DNA from: Malacoraja senta
Lineage: Eukaryota
Length of the DNA stretch: 64,000 bases
Assembly: GCA_038087875.1 (NCBI GenBank)
Contig: CM075987.1
Location: 19,284,001-19,348,000, forward strand
Direction: 5' to 3'
Shown: piece by piece, positions 1-11,892 of the stretch
Layout of the letters: every line of letters begins with the position of its first letter
Position numbering within the stretch: the first letter of the stretch is position 1
The notes under the pieces: model-generated
What the model was told of the DNA's origin: nothing
Seen by the model: the letters and a program-made list of their open reading frames with translations, nothing else
Database searches by the model: none
Made by a program: the position numbers and the translations under genes

Positions 1-765
1 AATCAAACCCATTCCGAGAATAAATTCTTTGTCCCTTCTTGGCCATGGTTAATTTGAGAGGCAAGTATCTGTGGTGGTTGCTGTTCATCCCTAAATCTGA
101 ATAAGAAAGAATATACAAACATAGCCAGAGGCCGTTAGACACTGCAGCAGCACACTGGAGACGAGGCTACTTTTGAATTAAAATATGCACTCAACCATAA
201 TGGATTCCTTGGTACTTGTGCATTGTGGTACTTTTACAATTTAGATCATTAATTCATTCTTGCAACTTAATCTGTTGAGAAAGATGGCACATTTTAATTT
301 AAACATAAGTACTATAATTGTCTTATGAGGCAAATAAAACTGAGGGTCATCAGATTATATAGTAAGATGCCATATTGCAAAATGCCACATTGCAGTGGAA
401 AAATGCTGTGGGGGAAATACCTTTGAACATCAAATGATTAAGGGAGCATTCACTGCAAATTGTGAAGTAGACCAGTGGTAATATTAATGGGTAAATGAAC
501 GTCAAGTGAAGAGAGAGTTATAAAACAGTGACTTTGTAGTTTGCAACTATATCATTTATCACCTACTATTTTACATACACTGTATATCATATTTTGCCTC
601 ACTTTGTCCCAGATGTATACACTGATACCCAACTAAGGTTGTAAGATGTTCAGAGTAATTGGATTGATCCACAGAGAGATGAGAAGAAATGTAATGCAAG
701 TGTTAAAATTGTAAAAATGTCTTTAAATGTATTTAATAAAGAGAAATAGATTCCATTCGCAGATA

Positions 766-2371
766 CAGTGCCCTCCATAATGTTTGAGACAAAGACCCAT
801 CATTTATTTAATTGCCTCTGTACTCCACAATATGAGATTTGTATTATAAAAATCACATGTGGTTAAAGTGCACATTGACAGATTTTATTAAAGGCCATTT
901 TTATACATTTTGGTTTCATCGTGTAGAAATTACAGCTGTGTTTATACAGCGTCCCCTCATTTGAGGGCACCATAATGGTTGGGACACATGGCTTCACAGG
1001 TCTTTGTAATTGCTCAGGTGTGTTTAATTGCCTCCATAATGCAGGTATAAGAGAGCTCTCAGCACCTAGCCTTTCCTCCAGTCTTTCCATCACCTTTGGA
1101 AACTTTTATTGCTGTTTATCAACATGAAGACCAAAGTTGTGCTAATGAAAGTCAAAGAAGCCGTTATGAGACTGAGAAACAATAATAAAACTTTTAGAGA
1201 CATCAGCCAAACCTTAGGCTTTCCAAAATCAACTGTTTAGAACATCATTACGAAGAAAGAGAACATTGGCGAGTTTACTAATCGCAAAGGGACTGGTAGG
1301 CCAAGGAAGACCTTCACAGCTGATGACAGAAGAATTTGCTCTATAATAAAGTAAAATCCCCAAGCACCCGTCCGACAGATCAGAAACATTCTTCAGGAGT
1401 CGGGTGTGGATTTGTCAATGACCACTGTCCGCAGAAGACTTCTTGGGGCTACACTGCAAGATGCAAACCACTGGTTAGCCGCAAAAATAGGATGGCCAGG
1501 TTACAGTTTGCCAAGAAGTACTTAAAAGAGCAACCACAGTTCTGGAAAAAGGTCTTGTGGGCAGATGAGACGAAGATGAACTTATATCAGAGTGATGGCA
1601 AGAGCAAAGTATGGAGGAGAGAAGGAACTGCCCAAGATCCAAAGCATACCATCTCATCTGTGAAAAACGGTGGTGGGGGTGTTATGGCCTGGGCATGTAT
1701 GGCTGCTGAAGATACTGGGTCACTTATCTTAATTGATGATACAACTGCTGATGGTAATAACATAATTATAGACACATCCTATCTGCTCAAGTTCAAACAA
1801 ATGCCTCAAAACTCATAGGCCGGTGGTTCATTCTACAGCAAGACAATGATCCCAAACATACTACTAAAGCAACAAAGAGTTTTTCAAAGCTAAAAATTGG
1901 TCAATTCTTGAGTGGCCAAGTCAATCACCCGATCTGAACCCAATTGAGCATGACTTTTATATGCTGAAGAGAAAACTGAAGGAGACTAGCCCCCAAAACA
2001 AGCATAAGCTAAAGATGGCTGCAATACAGGCCTGGCAGAGCATCACCAGAGAAGCCACCCAGCAACTGGTGATGTCCATGAATCACAGACTTCAAAGGAT
2101 ATGCAACAAAATACTAAACATGACTACTTTCATTTACATGACATTGCAGTCCCAAACATTATAGTGCCCTGAAATGGGGGGACTTTGTATAAACACTGCT
2201 GTCATTTCTACATGGTGAAACCAAAATGTATAAAAATGGCCTTTATTAAAACCTGACAGTGTGCACTTTAACAACATGTGATTTTTTTTCTATTACAAAT
2301 CTCAAATTGTGGAGTACAGAGGCAAATAAATAAATGATGGGTCTTTGTCCCAAACATTATGGAGGGCACTG
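766..2371 (+). mobile_element. Tc1-family DNA transposon, IR/DR type, full length, non-functional
   Basis: TA at 764-765 is followed by CAGTGCCCTCCATAATGTTTG, and the right end reads CAAACATTATGGAGGGCACTG (flank TG, a probable mutated TA). The inverted repeats are ~220 bp (766-~985 and ~2148-2371), each with an inner and outer copy of a (C)CATAATGTTTGGGACA-like repeat. Confidence 0.95.
1124..2100 (+). pseudogene. Decayed Tc1 DD34E transposase
   Basis: ATG 1124 begins MKTKVVLMKVKEAVMRLR...RDISQTLGFPKSTV*. Recognisable motifs are GRPRK, KVLWADETKM, VKNGGGGVMAW, QQDNDPKH and WPSQSPDLNPIE, with 34 residues between D and E after correcting one frameshift. Stops and frameshifts are present; the end is approximate. 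Confidence 0.9.
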
Positions 2372-3317
2372 TGGGTAATTACAAGTAGAAAGGTCTTACG
2401 GGTATTAAAAGCTCAAGGAATGTCATTTTTGATACATTGATGATCTTAAATGCATTGCCCAAAAGAACGATAGAAGTAAATTAATTCAAAATTTTCAAAG
2501 GAGAATGAGACATTTTCTAATTCTAATTTAGCAATGACGCAAGAAAGTAAGTTTAATTAGGTAATTATTTTTAGGAACTGTCACAGTCATAATGAATTGA
2601 AGGCCTCTTTTGTAATGTGTGCAGGATTTTTTAAAATCATCTGTTCCTTTATTAATTATCATTACAAGATCAGTGAAAGAGACACATCTTTAAGCCCTAT
2701 TACTGCTCTTCCATCTTTTGGAGAAATGGCTTAGGTCCCTCACGAATACCACATCGTGTAGGTGAGGAATTGATTGTGGGGAGAATATTTGATCACTTTA
2801 AAGGAAAATTAAATTTAAAGGAGTGGAATAGAAAATTCACTCATCTATGAAAAGAGAAACAATTGTTAACATTTCAAGTCACAAGAGCCATTGTTAAAAT
2901 GGAAAAAGTGGGAAAACATTAGTTTTAACATGCAGATTGCAGAGAGGAGGGATGGGTAGGATTAAGGGAATATCTCTGAGAGGATGAGGCCATGGCTTGT
3001 GTGGTGACAAGATGTTGATGAATTGATTGATTGGTTAGTGAGGGAAAGTACAAACAGATGGATCTAAAAGAAGTGCAATGCAGAGCTCTAGGGATGCCCA
3101 GTGGATTAGGCAGAACTGATGGAGAGAAAGATACTGAATCATATTATATATGGATGATCTACAGTGGAACTAATCAGCTCTGTTACAAACAGAGGAAGTA
3201 AGTTACCTGAAATAAAAGCTGGAAACATTAAGAAAGTCAAAGAAGAAGAAACAGAGTTACGGTTTCAGGTTAAAGACCCTTCAGTTCTGACAATCGTTAT
3301 TCGACGTGAAGCATAAA

Positions 3318-3885
3318 AGGCCTGTCTCACGGGTCTGCGGTCATTGGCGGCGAAACGGGAAGAATCTGCCGCCATAGACCGCGCACTCGTGAGAACGCAC
3401 AATTCCGGGGCCGTGCGGCGGTGTTCCCAACACCGCACGGTGCTAAAATAAAACCTACACTGTTGAAAAATATTTTCCTACCGCACAGCCTCCACCAGTG
3501 ATGCACGAGTGCGGCACGGCCGCCCGCACGGCCGCCGCCAGTGTGGCTCGAGCGCCGTGCGTCAAACTTGCACTGCCACAGCCTCCGTCAGTGAGGCACG
3601 TGTGCGGCACGGCCGCAGGCACAGCCACCGCTACAGCGCCGCGATCAGGGCGGCCGCCGCTAGTGAGTCACGTGCGGCGGGCCGACGTCATCGCAGTCGG
3701 CCCGCCCTTTTTTTTACTTACTGCAAGCACGTGGGACCAGCCGTATTTGAATCACTCGGCCCCCGCGCAGCATCCGTGCGGCGCTCCCGTGGATAGGCTC
3801 GGCGCTCTCGCCGTTGCCGTGCGGTCCACTCTACAGGCGAAGCCGCGCTTCACCGCCGATGACCGCAAACACGTAAGACAGAGTT
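3318..3885. mobile_element. GC/CpG-rich non-autonomous PIF/Harbinger-like MITE
   Basis: Imperfect ~40 bp terminal inverted repeats (GGCCTGTCTCACGGGTCTGCGGTCATTGGCGGCG / CACCGCCGATGACCGCAAACACGTAAGACAG) with TAA/TTA-like flanks. The terminus resembles the other MITEs in the window. Confidence 0.75.
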
Positions 3886-6313
3886 ACTCTATTTCTCTGT
3901 CCCCAAGTGGTGTCTGATCTGCTGAGCTTTTGCAGCATTTGATATTTTCATTTCTGATGTTAAGTCTCTGCAGCTGTGAGTTGCCTGAATTTGTTAAATT
4001 CAGTATTGACTTTGGAAGGCTGCAATGTACCCAGATGATGGGCTGTTCTTCCACAAGCTCATGTTGAAAGATATTTGTGTACTTTAGCATGTTCCCTTTT
4101 CAGTCATGTGCTTCGTGATTGAAACCTCTTCTAGTAAATATTTTGATGCATGGTAAGAAGAAATTACTCTTTTGTGTCCTACCAGGGGCTGAGACATCTT
4201 TATACACCAGTTTAACAAAACCAACAATTATGAGCTAGCAGGAATTAGGCTTTTTTTGACTAATTTCGCACTTAAACTGTGGAATATAATTCTTTTGAAT
4301 TCTGCTTCCTTCAAGAACAAGTATGTTCTTTATCAGCAAATGATACATTAACCAATTCCCTGTAGGAGTCAATGGATACTAATCAGAACCAAGGCAAAAG
4401 TTTTCTTCCCTCAGCTTTTGGGGCAGTTTGTCGTTACTTCATCACTCAAGCTGAGAATTCTCTGGGTCTTTCTGATCTTCTTGACTCGGTTACATAAACC
4501 AATCTGCTTGTCACTAAATCTTATATTTGTATGTTAATATATTGAAATTTAACAGATAAACACAGATTAAATGCCATCAGACATTATTGTTTGTAGATCT
4601 TTAAAATTTGGGAGATATCTCTCCACAGTCACTTACAAAACGGTGACTAATTGTGATGTTGTTGGGAAATTTAAAAAACCCGCAGGATAAATGACATTGT
4701 CTTCACTTTCATTCCCTTGAGAGGCCTGTCACACAGTCCATCAGCACTGGATTGCACATAGGTCGTGATCATCCTACTGGTTTTTGATAATTCTATTTCT
4801 GAATTGAATTACTTGTGCAGCGAACAACACAGGCTGCTTTCAACAAACTTGTCGTGGATAGAGAGCACATATGATTGACTGGGAAATCACATTAACGTGC
4901 AATGAGCAGGAGGTGGAGCTTTGAGCATTTATACATTACTAAAAGGTGCTGTGGACTTGAACTCATTTGCTGAACAGCTGAATTTGAAGGATGGACTTCA
5001 GTGAATTAAGGAACAATATTGCAGATGATTATGCTAACCTGTCATTGCTGGTGGCTGTAACAGTTTGTGAATGCTGCCTGTGAAACTGGTTTGGAACAAG
5101 TAGGTTTTTCTCTCTTTTTTATCTGCATTCACTGTTTTATCTGCTATGTTTAAATAACATTCCATTGATCTTGGGTCATAACTGACCCCCAAAGTTGCCG
5201 TACTTTAATATAGATAGGGACCAAAGGCAATTATCATGACTGACTTACATTATGGAGATTACATTTGTGTACTCAGGGAGAATTGCAACAAAAAAAAACT
5301 GGATTTTGTCTGCATGTTGACAGCAATGTGTTTAGATAAGGGAATTATATGATAATTGCAAAGAACTGAGCACAAATATCAATTTTAATTTGAAGCTGCA
5401 ATGCACCTTTGCAGAGAAAGCTAATTGTTATTGAGCTGACATTGTTTTAAACTTGATTTAATTGTATACATTCCACTTTGCCACTTGAGTGCTTCTCAGT
5501 CTTTCAAAGCAAATTCTGCATGATCCAGCTATTTTGTTATCGACACAGAACACGCTAAAGTTGTTTGTCTTCTTGTTGAATAACCAGGGGATAAATGTTA
5601 CTTGTGCTAGGGGACGTGTTCCCAAAAATGATCATTTAACAAAAAGTCATGGGCTGCCAAATAGAAGTGGTAAGATTAAAGCAGGTAGAAGTGAAGGCTT
5701 ACACTTGTATGCAGTGTTGAGCAAGTAATTGATGGTGATTTGGATACCTGGATCTTCATGCTCTATCAAAGCGTATTAATGGTGTTATTAAATGTTTATA
5801 TACAGTAATGCATCAATCAATTTATTCTCTTGCCCTAATTATACGATTTAAAGGGTGTGGACTGAAATTCATTTATTTTTAAAGATTGGCAGTCCATGTA
5901 ATTTTTCTCTGCTGACTTCAAAACGAGTGAAAATTTACACCTTCTATAGAGATTATTCGTCATGCAAAATGTTCTGATTCTTCATGAAATCATTCCTCCG
6001 CACTGCAAAATCTCACTCTTTACCTAAATGAACAGATGCAGTTTTTGCTGAAAGATGTTAACTGTACAAAATCGTTTTTGAAAGTACGGGTCACTGGAAT
6101 ATTTTCTTCAGTATCAGTAGCATAGATACTGTACAGATGTTAAATTGTTAATGTTAAATTGCTATGTTTTTAATAGAGTGTTGATACTAATCTAACAGCA
6201 GTTTCCAACACTGGACATAAATACTAAACCTTAAAATAGAACTGAGAAAATGCTTTCAAGAGTGCATTACCCAATCAATGCCTGATTTTCTTTTACATAA
6301 TGTCAATCAATAA

Positions 6314-6645
6314 TGGGGCTGTCCCACTGTACGAGCTAATTCAAGAGTTCTCCCGAGTTTCCCCTATATCGAACTCGGAGAATTACGGTAATAGCCGCTT
6401 GTAGGTACTCGGGGCTCTCGTGGACATTTTTCAACATGTTGAAACATGTTGAAACATGTTGAAAAATCTTCACGAGTCTTCCCGAGCTGATCGCGTTTCC
6501 CGAGTACCTGCCGTTAGCGTTACGAGCCGCTAAGAGACGTCCCGAGCTCCGACGTACCCGCTACGTACATTCTACGTGCTTACCACGAGTTTTTTTTAAA
6601 ACTCGGGAGAGCTCTTGAATTAGCTCGTACAGTGGGACAGGCCCT
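6314..6645. mobile_element. PIF/Harbinger-like MITE
   Basis: TAA on both sides (6311-6313 and 6646-6648). Near-perfect ~46 bp TIRs begin GGGGCTGTCCCACTGTACGAGCTAATTCAAGAG. A central palindrome contains AACATGTTGA three times. Confidence 0.9.
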
Positions 6646-7008
6646 TAATTTGCTTACTTTCAGAGGTTAGACACCATAAAACTTGGGATTTTTCATTTAA
6701 GTATCCATTGTTTCAGGACAATGACAAAACTTGAAATGTCAGCAGCTAACTGAATTAGGAAACTATTAATTGTGATTAGAAAGTGTATCACATGTTAGAG
6801 AATAGAGGAGTCCCATAAAGTTAAATTACACTGATTGCTTTGATGGTGAGTTGAGATCAGTCTGTCATTTGAATGCTGCCCTTTTTTTTTTAACGTACTT
6901 GAGCCTCTCTACATTAGCTGTGAAAGCAGGAAAGCAGATTGTGTGGAGAAGGGTCTGAAAATAGTAAAAGTGGATTTTTTCATAGACCAACCAAGAATAA
7001 ATGGCATT

Positions 7009-7728
7009 TTCAAGGTTTCAAGGTCAGTTTATTATCACATGTACCAATTAAGGTACAGTGGAATTTGAGTTATCATACAGCCATACTAAGTGAAAAGCAA
7101 CAAGACACACAACCACATAAACGTTAACATAAACATCCATCACAGTGGATTCCACATTCCTCACTGTGATGGAAGGCAATAAAGTTCAATCTTCTTCCTC
7201 TTGTTCTCCCGCGGTCGGGGCAGTCAAACCATCCACAGTCGGGGCCATCAAAGCCCCCGCAGCCAACGATTCAGGCCCCCGTCGGGGTGATTCAAACTCC
7301 CGGTGGTTGAAACTGTCTCCGCGGCATGGAGCTCCCGAGTCGGCCTCTTCTTACCAGAAACCACGGGCTTCACGATGGTAAAGTCCACAGGCCCCGCGGT
7401 TGGAACTTCGATCCCCAGCAAAGGGATCGCAACCTCCACGATGTTAAAGTCCCGCAGACTCCTGCGGCTTGGAGCGCTGGGTCGGTCTCCAGGAAAGGCC
7501 GCCAACTCCACGATGTTAGGCTGCAGTGGGGTCGGAGATACGATACGGAAAAAAATCGCATCTCCGTCGAGGTAAGAGATTGAAAGAAAGTTTCCCCAAC
7601 CCACCACCCTCCCACATAAAACAAACCAAGGAACACTCAAACATGCTTTTTAACACATACTAAAAGTATCAAAAAGAAGAAAGGACAGACAGACTGTTGG
7701 CGAGGAGCCACTGCTGGTGGCGCCACCC
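7009..7728 (-). mobile_element. GC-rich non-autonomous retroelement with Rex1-like 3' end (copy A)
   Basis: The minus strand starts GGGTGGCGCCACCAGCAGTGGC..CAGTCTGTCTGTCC, contains the CCATCACAGTG hairpin, and ends in a stem-loop, ATAATAAA and (CCTTGAAA)n. The layout matches 20468-21285 and 37897-38853. Confidence 0.65.
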
Positions 7729-7794
7729 AGTCGATTCAAGTTGGAATGCTGAATCCAACAGATATTTATGCCCAAGGTGTACATATCTGGATAG

Positions 7795-8362
7795 TTCACA
7801 AGTTATATGAGTAGAATTAGGTCATTCGGCCCATCGAGTCCACTCCGCCATTCAATCATGGCTGATCTCTGCCTCCTAATCCCATTTTCCTGCCTTCCGC
7901 CCATAACCCTTGACACCCATTCTAATCAAGAATTTGTTTATCTCTGACTTAAAAATATCCACTGACTTGGCCTCCACAGCCCTCTGTGGCAATGAGTTCC
8001 ACAGATTAACAACTGCTGACTAAAGAAGTTCCTCCTCGCCTCCTTTCTAAAAGAGTGCCCTTTAATTCTGAGGTTATGACCTCTGGTCCTAGATTGTCCC
8101 ACCAACAGAAACATCCTTTACACATCCACTCTATCTATGGCTTTCATTATTCTGTAAATTTCAATGAGGTTCCTTCTCAACCTTCTAAACTCCAGCAAGT
8201 TGAGGCCCTTTGCTGTCAAATGCTCATCATATGCTACCCCGCACATTCCTGGAATCATTCATGTAAACCTCCTCTGGACCCTCTCCAGAGCCAGCACATC
8301 CTTGCTCAAATATGGGGCCCAAATTTGTTCACAGTACTCCTAATGTGGCCTGACCAGCACCT
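7795..8362 (-). mobile_element. CR1 LINE 3' fragment
   Basis: The reverse complement resembles the ORF2 C-terminus and 3'UTR of the CR1 at 54108-57333 (GATCAGCCATGATTGAATGGCGG...). Confidence 0.85.
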
Positions 8363-8429
8363 TATCGCATCCATGAAAAGACATCTGTGGGGCAAGATAG
8401 ACTTTATTTTGTTTATCTATTGACTTAAT

Positions 8430-8620
8430 TTTAAAGACACACCATTGAAATAGGTCCTTCAGCCCACTGAGTCCACTTTCGCAGCCACTCCCGACACATT
8501 AGGGGCAATTTACAGAGGCCAATTAACTTACCAACCCACACGTCTTTGATAAATGGGTAGAAACCGGACAACACGGATTAAAACCCACGTGGTCAGGGAG
8601 AACATGCAAACTCCACAGCC
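8430..8620 (-). repeat. Degenerate HE1/V-SINE-like fragment
   Basis: The reverse complement resembles the SINE body at 40300-40605 (GGAGTTTGCATGTTCTCCC..GTGGGTTT..CCGGTTTC). Confidence 0.6.
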
Positions 8621-9589
8621 TCTTCTCTGCTTGATATTTGAAGCCAGTGACAACTGCACCATTCCATGTGCTCAGGCAAGAAGCGTAACCTCTCCATTAT
8701 AATCAAAACTATTGCAAGGTCAGGAATTGCATTAAAAGAATAAAGGCAGTATAAATGAGTTCTGTAGACATGACCAATGACATAGCTGTGATATCTCTGG
8801 AAAAAGGATCATTGCCTGATTTGACTTCAGATTCAAACAATGCAATAAAAGGCAGAGCTATACGATTGGGTCTGAAACCAACTATGAAACCTCCTTCTGC
8901 TAACAAGAAATTTAAATTAAAGCATAATTTAAATAATAAATAAAAGCGGCATGGTGGTGCAGCATATTGCTGCCACACAGCGCCAGAGACCCAGGTTTGA
9001 CATTCCTTGGAAGTGAAGTTAGATGCAGCTTATTATTATTTGTTAGTGTTCTGTGATAGTTATGTGGTTTGTTGAGGCAAATTACAGATTTCCAGTTCCA
9101 TTGTTTCTTAAAGAATGGCGATGACTCAATCTTCACTAAATAATGTGAATACTAGCAAATACTCTGAGAAACTGAAAACAAGTTTGATGCCAGAAGCAAA
9201 TGACTTCTTATCCAAAATGAAACTCGCTATATCCTCATTGAGAGAGAAAAGACTTGCTTTTAAACCCACCAGGATAGATTATAGTCAATTTGGATTTAAG
9301 TGATATTTTGATGATCTTTCCCCAGATCTTCACATGTTTGTTTTCCTGCCAAAAATAAATTTTAAGGATATATTAAAAAGAAAAAGCATCTGTAATTGTA
9401 AGGATTTTAAAATGTTAGTCCCCTTTATTTGAGAGCTGATTACTGGTGACGGGGGTCTAATCGGACAAAAACAACTCTTCACCACCACCATCTACTGCAA
9501 AGCCAATTTTGGATCCAATTGGCCAGCTCCTCCTGGATCCACCTGATCAAACCTCGGATCTTCCTTGCAGGACCTTGTCAAAGGCGCTA

Positions 9590-9930
9590 CATTGTCGAAA
9601 AGACATGGACGGGTACATGGATATGAAAGAAGGCCGTAGAGGCCAAGTGAATGGATATTTTTAAGGCAAAAATAGATAGATTCTTCATTAGAATGGGTGT
9701 CAGGGGTTATGGGGAGAAGGCAGGAGAATGGGGTTAGGAGGGAGAGATAGATCATCTATGATTAAATGGCGGAATAGACTTGATGGGCTGAATAGCCTAA
9801 TTCTACTTATGAACTTATGAAAGGTTTAGAGGGACATAGGCCAAACGCAGGCAAATGGGCTAGCTTAGGTAGTAACCTTGCTCCTCATGAATGAGTTGAG
9901 CTGAAGGGCTTGTTTTCTTGCTGTATTACT
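9590..9930 (+). mobile_element. Two interleaved CR1 3'-end fragments
   Basis: GGATATTTTTAAGGC..GATAGATTCTT..GGTTATGGGGAGAAGGCAGGAGAATGG.. followed by an (ACTTATGA)n tail, nested in a second CR1 tail. Confidence 0.7.
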
Positions 9931-11032
9931 GTGATTAAACATCTGTAATTAAACATTAAGCAAGGAAACATGAAGTAACTATTATAGAAACTGTTGGCTT
10001 TTTCCCCCCTTTCCTGTTATCACACCAGGTGTCTTTTTTGGCCAAGCATGTAAGTTTGGAGGCTAGTGCCAGACCACCACCAGTTAGCTGTGTATAACCA
10101 ACTGCTCAGTGATGGAAACTCCAGCAGAGCTGATAAGTACTTGTTTGCTTGATCTGCATTGAGCATCTTTCCAGAGCAGCCTTTCTTGAAATCGGATGTG
10201 GTCGACGTGGATTTTGTTTCACATGTCTTTTAACATGGTATTTGGTGTTTTGCTCCTTACAATAAAAGGTTTCATCATAAATATGAAGAAGTAGTAAAAC
10301 AAACAAAACATTCCACTGGAGATGCAAGGAACTGCAGATGCTGTAATCTTGAGCAAAACACACAGTGCTAGAGAAACTGACTGGATCAGGCAGTATCTGG
10401 GGAGGGAATGGATAGATGGCCTTTCAGTTCGGGACCCTTCTACAGGCTGATAGGAATAGGAGGTTGGGATCTGGAAAAGAGAGGCAGGGACAGAACAAAG
10501 CCTGGCAATCGATAAAACAGCCTGGTGGGGTAGATCATTTACTTTTGAAATGAAATGTTGTCCATAGCTGTCTCTTGCTTTCACCAGTGAAAATCTGTTA
10601 TTGTCGAGTTATTTGAGAATTAAGCGGTGGCTAAAGTTGTGCGTTTCATATTAAAACTGAGAAATCTTTCGTTCAGTAAAGAAAACATAAAGGGCTTTAA
10701 TTTAAAACAATTACTGAAAAACAGTATCTCTTGCAATGCAGCACTCAGTCAATGCAATACTGGAAGTGTCAGCCTCACATCTCTGGATTTGAACTCACAA
10801 CCTCCGGATTTATAGGCTATTAGTGGAAATCTGTGAATGGCATTCTCTCTCATATCTGTTGGATAAACTCATTGAGTCGGGCAGCATCTGTGGAGTTTTA
10901 GGTTGAGACGTCCACGTCGCCTCCTGATGTGGAGTTTCGATCAGATACTTAAATGTTGCCCACAGCTGGCTCTTGCAAACACCAGTGAAAATCTGTTGTA
11001 GTAGAGTTATTTGATGGTTAAATGTTGACTAA

Positions 11033-11230
11033 CGGGCCTGTCCCACTTGGAGTCATTTACGCGACATCATTTACGCTTCTCGACGCGCGAGTCATGACAC
11101 GCACGTGATGCGCGCATGGTGCGTGGTGACGTAGGCAGTGACGCGCGGTTGTCCCAGGATTTTGGGATTCACAAAATCTTTGCGCGCCACCTGCGTGAAG
11201 CGCAAATGACGCCCAAGTGGGAAAGGCCCT
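11033..11230. mobile_element. PIF/Harbinger-like MITE (198 bp)
   Basis: TAA on both flanks (11030-11032 and 11231-11233). TIRs are GGGCCTGTCCCACTTGGAGTCATTTACGC / GCGCAAATGACGCCCAAGTGGGAAAGGCCC. Confidence 0.9.
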
Positions 11231-11311
11231 TAAGGCCATGCTCATCATATTAAAGCTGGAAAATCTTTTATTCATTAAGGAAAACCTAATGGACAAAAGA
11301 TAAACATTAGA

Positions 11312-11541
11312 GAGACACTAAAAGCTGGAGTAACTCAGCGGGACCGGCAGCATCTCTGGAGAGAAGGAAGAGGTAATGATCGGGTCGAGACCCTTCTTCA
11401 GACTGCAGACTGTAGTCTGAAGAAGTGTCTCGACTCGAAACGGCACCCATTCCTTCTCTGCAGAGATGCTGCCTGTCCTGCTGAGTTACTCCAGCTTTTT
11501 GTGTCTATCTTCGATTTAAACCAGCATCTGCAGTTCCTTCC
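11312..11541. repeat. Penelope-derived palindromic repeat with degenerate hammerhead cores
   Basis: Inverted arms GCTGGAGTAACTCAGCGGG..GCAGCATCTCTGGAG..GGGTCGAGACCCTTCTTCAGAC and GTCTGAAGAAG..CGAAAC..GATGCTGCC..GCTGAGTTACTCCAGC. Confidence 0.75.
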
Positions 11542-11892
11542 TTGAAAAGAGACAAACATTAACCGTTCCATTCCCTCCACAGATGCTGCCTGACTCTGGG
11601 TTCTTCCAGCAGCAGGATTTTTGCAATAGAGAGATGGATGGATGTCAAATGGGAGTAAACAAAACTTGAAAATAATTAGTAACAACAAGAGAAAACATAT
11701 TTTCAAAGCTGGGACTATTCAGTTTGATGGCTGGGTACAGTGCACTTTATTGCACAATAAAGCGTTTAATGAAAAGGCCAAATATAGAAATGGTCTAAAT
11801 CAATTGAAAAGTACCTATATGCGAAGAATCCATTGTTTCAGTTTGTTCAATGGGTGAGAATGCAGGGTCCATTGTGCAGTATATAATAGGAA

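Noticed and set aside
1..70. Possible tail of the preceding GPSM1 exon
   Set aside because: All three + frames stop within ~60 nt, none resembles the expected TPR/linker end, and there is no canonical GT donor.
3498..3917. 139-aa and 95-aa GC-rich ORFs
   Set aside because: They lie inside a MITE and are low-complexity products of high GC with no recognisable domain.
9115..9303. 62-aa ORF with protein-like composition
   Set aside because: No recognisable homology or splice support, and a length expected by chance.
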